This document shows, one piece after another, positions 47,995 through 56,451 of a stretch of 64,000 nt of DNA (position 1 is its first letter; every line of letters begins with the position of its first letter). The stretch is from Candidatus Magasanikiibacteriota bacterium (GTDB lineage: Bacteria > Patescibacteriota > Patescibacteriia > Magasanikbacterales > GWA2-37-8). Both the position numbers and the translations under genes were made by a program. The notes beneath the pieces were generated by a model. The model did not search any database. It was not told the DNA's origin and saw nothing but the letters and a program-made list of their open reading frames with translations. The stretch covers positions 320,875-384,874 of the forward strand of contig CAWJAS010000001.1 of NCBI GenBank assembly GCA_963840935.1, written 5' to 3'.

Positions 47995-48684
47995 ATGCCC
48001 AATAAACCAATCGTCTTATCCCTCGGCGGATCACTCATCATTCCTAAAACCGGTTTTGATATTAAGTTTTTGAAAGGTTTTAAAAAAATGATTGTTGAAG
48101 AAATAGAAAAAGGCCGGCGGTTTATTATTGTTTGTGGTGGGGGAGCGACAGCGCGCAATTATCAGTCGGCGGTAAAAAGCGTGAGCGAACTCGTGAGCGA
48201 AGATGTGGATTGGATTGGAATTCACACCACTCGTCTGAACGCGCATTTTATGCGGACGATTTTTCGGCAATGGGCCAACCCCATTGTAATAAAAAATCCG
48301 ACCAAAAAAATAAAATGGGATGAGGCCATTCTTATCGGCGCCGGTTGGAAGCCGGGTTGTTCCACTGATTACGACGCCGTGCTTATCGCGAAAACTTACG
48401 GCGCCAAAGAAATTATCAATCTGTCAAACATTGAATATGTTTATGACAGCGACCCCAAAGAAAACCCAAAAGCCAAAAAATTAACAAAAATTTTGTGGAA
48501 GGACTTTAGAAAAATCGTGGGTGATAAATGGATCCCCGGAGCTAACCTGCCTTTTGACCCGATAGCAAGCAAAGAAGCGGAAAAACAAAAAATGAAGGTG
48601 ATTGTCATGTCCGGAGCAAATATTAGCGAAGTAAAAAAGGCGATCGAGGGTAAGAAATTTAAGGGGACGGTGATTGGGTCTTGA
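47995..48684 (+). CDS. pyrH: UMP kinase (archaeal-like amino-acid-kinase fold)
   Basis: LSLGGSLI, IIVCGGGATARNY, GWKPGCSTD. Confidence 0.7.
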   Translation: MPNKPIVLSLGGSLIIPKTGFDIKFLKGFKKMIVEEIEKGRRFIIVCGGGATARNYQSAVKSVSELVSEDVDWIGIHTTRLNAHFMRTIFRQWANPIVIKNPTKKIKWDEAILIGAGWKPGCSTDYDAVLIAKTYGAKEIINLSNIEYVYDSDPKENPKAKKLTKILWKDFRKIVGDKWIPGANLPFDPIASKEAEKQKMKVIVMSGANISEVKKAIEGKKFKGTVIGS

Positions 48685-48864
48685 CACTATTTAGAATATT
48701 TGTTATTATCTTGTCAGCCATAGACAGTAGCGCCCAATCGGGTTAATTATGCTACCGAGGCAATCTTATCCGCAAAAACGCGGTTCTTAGGTCGAAGATT
48801 GTTTAGTCTGTGGTTTAATAGCCGCAGTTTTTTTATAAAAATTGCGCTATCAAACCAAATTATG
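48683..48864 (+). promoter_or_regulatory. rplJ promoter plus structured leader (candidate L10 autoregulatory leader)
   Basis: TTGACA-17-TATTAT at 48683-48711. ~150-nt leader with hairpins, e.g. GCGGTT…GCCGCAG followed by T7. Confidence 0.4.
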
Positions 48865-49383
48865 CCAAAAACAAAACAACAAAAAGAAGCAACACTCGCG
48901 TCTCTCACGGACGGACTCAAAGGGGCGAAGGCATCTGTTTTCGCCAACTTTCAAGGTTTGACCGTGGCCGAGGCCGATGAACTGCGCAATTCGTGCAGAA
49001 AAGAAGGTATCAAAGTGATTGTTGCAAAAAAGACATTGCTCAAAAAAACATTTGAAGAGCTTGGAATAGAAGCGGATCCAAAAGTTTTTGAGGGCGGTGT
49101 GGCAACCTTTTTCGGTGAAGCCGATGAGGTAGCACCGGCAAGAATTGTGAATGACTTCGCAAAAAAACATGAAGTCGTGGCGATTTTTGGTGGAACATTA
49201 GAAGGCAAATATATTGACGCCGTATTTGTGAAGAACTTGGCGTCACTCCCGAGCAAGCAACAATTGCTTGGTCAATTGGTTGGCACAATTAACGCTCCGG
49301 TTTCCGGATTTGTTAACGCGCTGGCCGGCAATTTGCGAGGGTTGGTATCGGTATTAAATAATATTAAAGAAGCGAAAGCTTAA
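48865..49383 (+). CDS. rplJ: 50S ribosomal protein L10
   Basis: MPKTKQQKEATLASLTDGLKGAKASVFANFQGLTVAEADELR. The track ORF starts earlier, at 48799. Confidence 0.85.
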   Translation, partial: PKTKQQKEATLASLTDGLKGAKASVFANFQGLTVAEADELRNSCRKEGIKVIVAKKTLLKKTFEELGIEADPKVFEGGVATFFGEADEVAPARIVNDFAKKHEVVAIFGGTLEGKYIDAVFVKNLASLPSKQQLLGQLVGTINAPVSGFVNALAGNLRGLVSVLNNIKEAKA

Positions 49384-49395
49384 TAATTAAATACT

Positions 49396-49803
49396 ATGTC
49401 AGAAGAAAAAAAAGAAGTGATCGTTCCCGAGAAATTTAAAAAGCTCGTGGAAGAAATCGAAAAAATGTCGGTTCTTGACCTTTCCGAATTGGTAAAGGTT
49501 TTGGAAGACAAATTCGGCGTTTCCGCCGCCGCTCCGGCCATGATGATGGCTGCCGCTCCGGCTGCCGGTGGTGCTGCTGCCGCGGAAGAAAAAACGGAAT
49601 TCAATGTTGAATTATCCGGTGCGGGCGCCAATAAAATCAGCGTTATCAAAGTGGTAAAAGAAATTACCGGTTTGGGATTGGCTGAAGCCAAAGGATTGGT
49701 TGACGGCGCTCCCAAAATGATTAAAGAAGGCGTCAAGAAAGAAGAAGCTGAGGAAATGAAAAAGAAAATTGAAGAAGCCGGTGGTTCGGTCAATTTGAAA
49801 TAA
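49396..49803 (+). CDS. rplL: 50S ribosomal protein L7/L12
   Basis: Ala-rich hinge. C-terminal [25 protein letters not shown]…. Confidence 0.9.
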   Translation: MSEEKKEVIVPEKFKKLVEEIEKMSVLDLSELVKVLEDKFGVSAAAPAMMMAAAPAAGGAAAAEEKTEFNVELSGAGANKISVIKVVKEITGLGLAEAKGLVDGAPKMIKEGVKKEEAEEMKKKIEEAGGSVNLK

Positions 49804-49823
49804 TAGAAACCGATAAACTTAAA

Positions 49824-49856
49824 AATCCCGTTAGCTGAACTAGCGGGATTTTTTGT
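49824..49856 (+). terminator. Rho-independent terminator after rplL
   Basis: AATCCCG-ttagctgaactag-CGGGATT hairpin followed by T5. Confidence 0.6.
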
Positions 49857-49857
49857 A

Positions 49858-49882
49858 CGAAAAAACAGCCGAGGTGGCTGTT
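49858..49882 (-). terminator. Rho-independent terminator of the 49916-50458 gene
   Basis: AACAGCC-gaggt-GGCTGTT hairpin. The A-run on the + strand gives a T-run on the - strand. Confidence 0.5.
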
Positions 49883-49915
49883 TGAAGAAAAGAGCGTGGT
49901 AGGAAAAGAGGCGGG

Positions 49916-50458
49916 TTAGTGGAATGGAATATGCAGGTATACTCCCGAGCGATCCGGGACGATCGTGGTGTTGTTCACGGCGGTCATGCGCCAGCCGTCG
50001 CTATTTGCCATGACCACGCCGAGCTCGGCGAGTTTCTGGTCACGGCGGGCAAGGGCCTCTTTGAGTTTTTTTCCGCAAGACAGATCCTGAAACTCCGTTA
50101 CCTTGCACTCATTCCCGGCAAGAGCGAAGTCGCGCTTGATAGGCGCGAGTTCGTAACTCACCGTGAATTGATTGTTCACGGTCGTGATGACCGCGAGCAC
50201 TGTCAAAAGTCGGAAACCGAATCGAATGATCGGTTTCTTTACCCGGCCGAGAAAAAACAGGGTGGTTCCTCCGACAATGATGTAGAGCATGGCGAGCCAA
50301 ATCTCTTTGCTCATTTCCTCATAGGTCATGCCGAAGTCCGAAGCCTTGAAAGAACCTACAATATTACCGACAAAAACCAAGATGATAAAAGCGACGATAA
50401 CCAAAATGATTTTGGGCGAAACGCCCGCTGTATCAATGTCTTCTTTTATTCTCTCCAT
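49916..50458 (-). CDS. Hypothetical membrane-anchored protein (GC-rich orphan, 180 aa)
   Basis: SD AGGAGGAGGAAA before the ATG at 50458. Two TM helices followed by a soluble domain. GC visibly high. Confidence 0.55.
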   Translation of the reverse strand: MERIKEDIDTAGVSPKIILVIVAFIILVFVGNIVGSFKASDFGMTYEEMSKEIWLAMLYIIVGGTTLFFLGRVKKPIIRFGFRLLTVLAVITTVNNQFTVSYELAPIKRDFALAGNECKVTEFQDLSCGKKLKEALARRDQKLAELGVVMANSDGWRMTAVNNTTIVPDRSGVYLHIPFH

Positions 50459-50512
50459 TTTCCTCCTCCTTTTGTAGTGTTTAAAGAGCGGCAAAGCGTT
50501 TTTGTAGCCAAT

Positions 50513-50541
50513 ATTATAGCATAAAATGAGGGTTTTGTCAA
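50513..50541 (-). promoter_or_regulatory. Consensus sigma70 promoter for the GC-rich orphan
   Basis: rc reads TTGACAaaaccctcattttatgcTATAAT. Confidence 0.6.
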
Positions 50542-50663
50542 TCCCTTCAGTCCCGACTGGCGGGATGCGTTTTTTAGTCATTAACAGGATAAAGATATGC
50601 ACATTAATAATTTTGCCCAAATGGCCAAAATTTGATAAAATTAAGGCACATATATAAATTTTT

Positions 50664-51650
50664 ATGAAGATAATAAACAAGATTCAGGATGCGAATTTGA
50701 CCGGCCGTGGCGGGGCTGATTTTCCAACCGCTTTTAAGTGGCTTGCCGTACTCAAAGCAAAAGCCGAAAATTTCGACCGTCCGGCCTATGTGATTTGCAA
50801 TGCCACCGAAGGCGAACCGGGTGTTACCAAAGACAAATATATAATTCAAAAATACTCGAAGGAGTTAATTGAAGGAATAAAAATCGCCATGGACACAGTT
50901 AGCGCGGAAAAGGCGATAATTTATTGTCAGAAAAAAGATTTGAGCAAATTTAAATCTCGACTGTCTCCGTTTATCAAAAAAAATAAAATTGAATTTTTTG
51001 CCGAAGATGGCGGATACTTATGCGGGGAAGAAACAACTCTTCTTGAAACAATAGAAAAAAAGCGTTCGGAACCCAGGTTGAAACCGCCATACCCCACAGA
51101 AAAAGGATTGTATGATTGCCCGACCATTGTTAATAATGTGGAGACATTTTATTACATTGCCAAAATTTCTAAAAACGATTATCACGGGACTAGGTTTTAT
51201 TCAATCGGGGGTGAAGTAAAAAATCCCGGAGTTTTTGAATTGCCGATCAAAATGACTGTTTTTGACGTGCTCAAAAAAACAAAAAATATTCCTCGCTTCA
51301 AATATTTTGCGCAAATCGGCGGAGCGGCAGCTGGAAAAATATTTTTGTCCGATGAATTAAACCATGAGCTTAAAGGAACCGGTGCCATCACAATTTACAA
51401 TCTCAAAAAAACTGACCCCAAAAAATTAATGATTAAATGGATTGATTTTTTCTATAAATCAAATTGTGGCAAGTGTGTTCCGTGCCGAGAAGGGCTTTAT
51501 CGAGTGCGTGAGCAATTGCGCAAAAAGCAACCGGATTGGCTTATGATGCGGGCGATTTTAGAAACAATGCGCGAGGCCAGCTTTTGCCCGTTGGGCAAAA
51601 GCGTTTATGACCCGATGGTTAGTTTGATGCAGAAAATTGATATAAAATAA
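50664..51650 (+). CDS. NuoF-like NAD(P)H-binding flavoprotein subunit (hydrogenase diaphorase-type, short)
   Basis: GRGGADFPTAFKW (FMN site), CNATEGEPGVTKDKY, CGKCVPCREG (4Fe-4S). Confidence 0.7.
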   Translation: MKIINKIQDANLTGRGGADFPTAFKWLAVLKAKAENFDRPAYVICNATEGEPGVTKDKYIIQKYSKELIEGIKIAMDTVSAEKAIIYCQKKDLSKFKSRLSPFIKKNKIEFFAEDGGYLCGEETTLLETIEKKRSEPRLKPPYPTEKGLYDCPTIVNNVETFYYIAKISKNDYHGTRFYSIGGEVKNPGVFELPIKMTVFDVLKKTKNIPRFKYFAQIGGAAAGKIFLSDELNHELKGTGAITIYNLKKTDPKKLMIKWIDFFYKSNCGKCVPCREGLYRVREQLRKKQPDWLMMRAILETMREASFCPLGKSVYDPMVSLMQKIDIK

Positions 51651-51656
51651 TTAACT

Positions 51657-52199
51657 ATGAGCTATTTGGATTACAACGATAGTGGTTCGGGTGTGGCAGA
51701 ACAGGTTCAGGCGATCCCCAAAGAAATTTCCAAAACAGGATTATTTGTTTTTTTATTTGCGGGCATTATGCTTGCTCCGCTTTTTCCCAATCAATTTATT
51801 TCCGGTCCGATTGTTAACGCGCTTTTGATTATCATCACTGTAATGCTCGGTCTTCGCAGTGGAATATTGATGTGCTTTGTGCCAAGTTTGATGGCTTTGG
51901 TCGGCGGGTTGTTACCTGCGATTATGGCGCCGTTTATTCCTTTTATAATGGTCAGTAATATTATTATGGTTTTTTTGTTTCATAAACTTCGCTTAAAAAA
52001 TTATTGGCTGGGGGCGGGGGCGGGTTCTATCGCCAAATTTATTTTCCTTTTTATCACCAGTCAGATATTTTTTAATTTTTTTGTAGCGCAAACACTATCC
52101 AAAAACATAGCTTTGATGATGTCTTGGAATCAGCTTTATTCGGCGGCGCTCGGTAGTTTAATCGCCTTTGTATTTCTCAAAACAATTAAAAGAATTTGA
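51657..52199 (+). CDS. Hypothetical polytopic membrane protein
   Basis: Five or six TM helices. Lies between the NuoF-like gene and hydA. Confidence 0.35.
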   Translation: MSYLDYNDSGSGVAEQVQAIPKEISKTGLFVFLFAGIMLAPLFPNQFISGPIVNALLIIITVMLGLRSGILMCFVPSLMALVGGLLPAIMAPFIPFIMVSNIIMVFLFHKLRLKNYWLGAGAGSIAKFIFLFITSQIFFNFFVAQTLSKNIALMMSWNQLYSAALGSLIAFVFLKTIKRI

Positions 52200-52204
52200 T
52201 TATT

Positions 52205-53989
52205 ATGTCTAAAAAATTTGAAATAATTATTGATAAAAAAAGAGTCGAAGCGATTGAAGGCGAAACAGTGCTTGATGCGTCTTTGCGCGCCGGAATCGAT
52301 ATTCCGCATCTGTGTCAGCATCCGGATTTGTCGGTCAGGGCAAATTGCCGGATGTGCCTTGTAAAAATAAAAGGCATGCGCAGTCTGCAAACATCTTGTT
52401 CGACTTTGGTTGAAGACGGCATGGAAGTCACGACCGATAACGCCGAAATAAAACGAGCGCGCAAGTTTAATTTGGAATTGATTTTTGGCGAGCATATTGA
52501 AGACTGCCCTACATGCGTTTGGAATTGGCGCTGTGATTTGCTCAAATACCGCAAGCAATTGAATTCAAAAATGCTCCGTTTCAAGGACCGTAAAGGCAAA
52601 AGACCGATTTATGAATTTGGTCCGATTGTTTTTGACCAAACAAAGTGTATTGATTGCCGGAATTGTGTTGAAGTTTGTCCTGTTCAGTATTTGGATGTTG
52701 ACGGCAAAGGCGCGGGTATTGGCATCAAGCCATCAGACAAAAAAAATAAAGATTGTATCGCTTGCGGGCAGTGCATTGTCCATTGTCCGGCCGGAGCCAT
52801 CAAATCAAAAGGCGAATATGAAATAATTGAAGTGCTTGAGAAAATTTTGAAAGATAAAACAAAAACAGTGGTGGTGCAATTTGCGCCGTCAATTCGCGTT
52901 TCAATCGGTGAAGAATTGGGATTGCCCTATGGCGCGGCGGCCACCGACCAGTTATCCGCCGGTTTGCGCGCTCTTGGGTTCAATCATATTTTTGATACGG
53001 CCGTAGCCGCGGATTTTACCACGTTTGAAGAAGGCGCCGAAGCGGTCGAGAGAATAAAAAGAGGGGAGAATTTACCTGTGTTCACTTCTTGTTGCCCGTC
53101 TTGGGTGAATTATCTGGAATTTTTTGAACCGAAATTTATCAAGCATTTGAGTACGGCCAGGTCGCCCGAAATTATGCTTGGCGGGCTTGTTAAAACATAT
53201 TGGGCCAAGAAAAATAAAATCGACCCCAAAAATATTGTTTCGGTTTCAGTAATGCCATGCACATCCAAAAAATATGAAATTGAACGGCCGGAATACAAAA
53301 TTAACGGCAATAATCCGGTAGATATTGTTATTACCACTCGTGAATTGGCCAGATGGTTTTTGAATAGAAAAATTGATTTGAAAAAAATAAAACCGATTTC
53401 GGCCGACGATCCGTTTGGCAAGCCATCTGGCGCCGGTGTGATTTATGGCGCTTCGGGTGGAGTAATGGAATCGGCGCTCAGGACGGCCTATTGGCTTTTG
53501 ACCGGTAAAAATTTAAAAGATTATTCGCTTTTCAAAGATGTGCGCGGGCTCGACCAAATCAAGCGGGCGGTGATTAAATTGCCAAAACCGTTAAAAACTG
53601 CCAAAGGAATAAAAACAGAACTCAAAGTCGTGGTAGCCAACAAAATTCAAAACGCAAAAATAATTATTGAAGAATTAAAAAATGACCCCAATGCCTATGA
53701 TTTTGTGGAAGTAATGGCTTGCCCCGGCGGGTGCATTGGCGGTGGCGGTCAGTCATTGCCGGTTGATGAAAAAATTCGTGAACGCCGAGCCGCGTCGCTT
53801 TATATAATCGATGGCAAGAAAAAAATAAGATTAGCGCACGAAAATCCGGCTGTAAAAATGGCTTACAAAGAATATTTCACGACCAAAGAAAGAATACACG
53901 AAGTGTTTCACACGGATTTTTATAAAAAAAGTAAATATTTAATTAAGCGCCGACCGAGAACAAAAGAAGACGGGGCGATTCACGATTAA
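52205..53989 (+). CDS. hydA: [FeFe]-hydrogenase catalytic subunit with N-terminal 2Fe-2S and 4Fe-4S ferredoxin domains
   Basis: H-cluster motifs TSCCPSW (L1), MPCTSKKYE (L2), EVMACPGGCIGGGGQ (L3). The ATG at 52205 is preferred over the TTG at 52196. Confidence 0.85.
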   Translation: MSKKFEIIIDKKRVEAIEGETVLDASLRAGIDIPHLCQHPDLSVRANCRMCLVKIKGMRSLQTSCSTLVEDGMEVTTDNAEIKRARKFNLELIFGEHIEDCPTCVWNWRCDLLKYRKQLNSKMLRFKDRKGKRPIYEFGPIVFDQTKCIDCRNCVEVCPVQYLDVDGKGAGIGIKPSDKKNKDCIACGQCIVHCPAGAIKSKGEYEIIEVLEKILKDKTKTVVVQFAPSIRVSIGEELGLPYGAAATDQLSAGLRALGFNHIFDTAVAADFTTFEEGAEAVERIKRGENLPVFTSCCPSWVNYLEFFEPKFIKHLSTARSPEIMLGGLVKTYWAKKNKIDPKNIVSVSVMPCTSKKYEIERPEYKINGNNPVDIVITTRELARWFLNRKIDLKKIKPISADDPFGKPSGAGVIYGASGGVMESALRTAYWLLTGKNLKDYSLFKDVRGLDQIKRAVIKLPKPLKTAKGIKTELKVVVANKIQNAKIIIEELKNDPNAYDFVEVMACPGGCIGGGGQSLPVDEKIRERRAASLYIIDGKKKIRLAHENPAVKMAYKEYFTTKERIHEVFHTDFYKKSKYLIKRRPRTKEDGAIHD

Positions 53990-53993
53990 AATT

Positions 53994-55679
53994 ATGGTAA
54001 AAAAGAAATTAATAATAAAAGAACGACACACTGTTTTGTTTGGCGGTTCGGCCGGAGACGGGGCCAAGGAAGCGGCAATTAATTTTGGCCGATTGGTTGC
54101 CAAATACGGCTATGATTTTTTTGTATTTGTTGAGTATCCTTCACTCATTCGCGGGGGTCATAATTTTGCGCGAATTTCTTTTGGCGAAGGTGCGGTGGGA
54201 CTCGATGAAAAAAATTTGGACGCGCTCGTGGCAATGAACGAAGAAACGGTAACCTTGCACAAAAAAGAATTAAAAAATAGCGGATTAATTTTTGCGAATC
54301 AAAAAGAAGATAAAAACTTTTTTTCTATACCGGCATCCGATTGGGTAAAAGAAAATAGTTTGCCGGCGATAACCCGGATTAGCGCTTTTTTGGGCGCGCT
54401 TGTTTATTATTTTAATTTTGATTTAAAAAAATTAAATGAGGTTTTTATAGAAAGATTTGGGTCATTTTCCGCGCCAAACATTGAATTGGCCAAAAAAGGT
54501 TATGAACTGGCCAAAGCAAAAAAAATTAAGCAAATCATTTTACCGAAAACAAAAATTGTTAAAAAAAGAATTCTTGAAGGCAATGAGGCTTTGGCCGAAG
54601 GATTTGTCGCCTCCGGACTTAAAAATTATTTTGCTTATCCAATGACGCCGTCTTCTTCAATTCTTCACTATTTTTCCAAAATCGCTAAAGACAAAAAATT
54701 AAAGGTGGTTCAGCCGGAAAATGAATTGGCGGTGATCAACATGGCGCTCGGCTCGGCTTATGGCGGAGCGCGAACTGCCGTGGCATCTAGTTGTGGAGGA
54801 TTTGCTTTAATGCTTGAGGCCATGGCTATGGCCGGTATGGCCGAAATCCCCATTGTGGTGGCTGATTCGGCGCGCGCCGGTACTTCCACAGGTGTCCCGA
54901 CGCGGACGGGCCAAGGAGACCTGGATTTTGTTCGTCATATGCCCGGTGAATATCCTCGCATAGTAATTGCTCCGGGCGACCATGAAGAATGCTTTGATTG
55001 TGGCGCTTTGGCATTGAATTTGGCTTGGCAATTTCAAACACCGGCGGTGGTATTGCTTGATAAACAAATTTCCGAAAGCGTCGCTTCGATTGATTTATCT
55101 GGTAAAAAAGTAAAAATAATTCAACCGAAAAAAAATAAAGGCGTCTCAAATTACAAACGCTATGCCTTTTGCGTCGACGGTATTTCACCCTTAGGTTTTC
55201 CCGGTGAAAAAAACAAAGCGGTAAAAATTTCCAGTTATGAACACGATGAAAACGGATATATTACCGACGACCCGGAAACGGTTAAAAAAATGTATGAAAA
55301 AAGATTTGCCAAATTGAACGGCATAAAGCAAGAAATGAAAAAACATAAAACCATTAAAATTTTTGGTGATAAAAACAGCAAGAATACGGTTGTATTTTTT
55401 GGCTCGGTTAAAGGCGCTGTTTTGTCAGCCTTAAAACAATCAAAAAAATCTTTCAAAGCATTGCAAATAGTCTGGTTGGAGCCTTTTGATGAAAATTTAT
55501 TCTTGAAAGAAATAAAAAATTCCAAAAAAATAATTTGCGTAGAAAATAATTTTACCGGACAGCTTCATAAGCTAATCAGAGAAAAAACCGGAGTCGAAAT
55601 AAAAAATAACATTCGCAAATATAATTCAATACCTTTTTCCGCCGAGGAATTAGCATCTAAATTCGATAAGATTTTTTAA
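53994..55679 (+). CDS. 2-oxoacid:ferredoxin oxidoreductase, fused gamma-alpha subunit
   Basis: Gamma-like N-terminus (FGGSAGDGAKEAA). Alpha-like EGNEALAEGFVASGLKNYFAYPMTPSSSI. Confidence 0.7.
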   Translation: MVKKKLIIKERHTVLFGGSAGDGAKEAAINFGRLVAKYGYDFFVFVEYPSLIRGGHNFARISFGEGAVGLDEKNLDALVAMNEETVTLHKKELKNSGLIFANQKEDKNFFSIPASDWVKENSLPAITRISAFLGALVYYFNFDLKKLNEVFIERFGSFSAPNIELAKKGYELAKAKKIKQIILPKTKIVKKRILEGNEALAEGFVASGLKNYFAYPMTPSSSILHYFSKIAKDKKLKVVQPENELAVINMALGSAYGGARTAVASSCGGFALMLEAMAMAGMAEIPIVVADSARAGTSTGVPTRTGQGDLDFVRHMPGEYPRIVIAPGDHEECFDCGALALNLAWQFQTPAVVLLDKQISESVASIDLSGKKVKIIQPKKNKGVSNYKRYAFCVDGISPLGFPGEKNKAVKISSYEHDENGYITDDPETVKKMYEKRFAKLNGIKQEMKKHKTIKIFGDKNSKNTVVFFGSVKGAVLSALKQSKKSFKALQIVWLEPFDENLFLKEIKNSKKIICVENNFTGQLHKLIREKTGVEIKNNIRKYNSIPFSAEELASKFDKIF

Positions 55680-55680
55680 T

Positions 55681-56451
55681 ATGATTGATTTGTCTACAAC
55701 CGCAAAAAATACATGGTGCCCGGGTTGCACTAATTTTGCCATTTTATCTTCATTCAAAAATGCTTTAAATGATTTGATAGTCGAAGGATTTAATAAAGAT
55801 AATTTTGTGATGTCGGTTGGAATCGGGTGCCATGGCAAAATCGCCGACTTTGCAAACATTAACAGTTTTACTTCACTCCACGGCAGGGAAGTAGCCACGG
55901 CCGAAGGAATTAAATTAGCCAATCCGAATTTGACTGTAATTGCTTTTGCCGGAGATGGCGATGCTTACGCGGAAGGAATCGAGCATTTGGTGCACGCGGC
56001 CAAGCGCAACATGGATATCACTTTGTTTGTTCACAACAATCAGGTTTTTGGTTTGACTACCGGTCAATTCACGCCAACCAGCCCTAAGGGTTTCAAAGGC
56101 CGGTCAACGCCGTTTGGTTCACCCGAAGAGCCTTTTAATCCGCTTTTACTTATGCTCTCGGCCGGCGCCACGTTTGTCGCTCGTGCATGGTCAATGGATT
56201 TGGAAGGCACAAAAAATATTATGAAACAGGCGATTAAGCACAAAGGTTTTTCCATTGTCGATATTATCCAACCGTGCATTACTTTTGCCGATACCAGAGA
56301 GGAATACAAAACAAAAATATCCGCGCTCGATGCCACTTTGCCGGTTAATGATTTGGAGCGGGCGATGAAAAATGTTAAACAAAATTCCGGCAAAATACCG
56401 ACGGGGATATTTTATAAAATCATTAAGCCGACTTTTGAAGATAATTTATGA
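55681..56451 (+). CDS. 2-oxoacid:ferredoxin oxidoreductase beta (TPP-binding) subunit
   Basis: TWCPGCTNFAI and GIGCHGK motifs. Confidence 0.75.
   Translation: MIDLSTTAKNTWCPGCTNFAILSSFKNALNDLIVEGFNKDNFVMSVGIGCHGKIADFANINSFTSLHGREVATAEGIKLANPNLTVIAFAGDGDAYAEGIEHLVHAAKRNMDITLFVHNNQVFGLTTGQFTPTSPKGFKGRSTPFGSPEEPFNPLLLMLSAGATFVARAWSMDLEGTKNIMKQAIKHKGFSIVDIIQPCITFADTREEYKTKISALDATLPVNDLERAMKNVKQNSGKIPTGIFYKIIKPTFEDNL

Noticed and set aside
49919-50524. 201-aa + strand ORF
   Set aside because: The - strand ORF over the same DNA has a consensus promoter, a strong SD and a terminator. The + strand ORF lacks all of these, so it is likely a GC-driven artefact.
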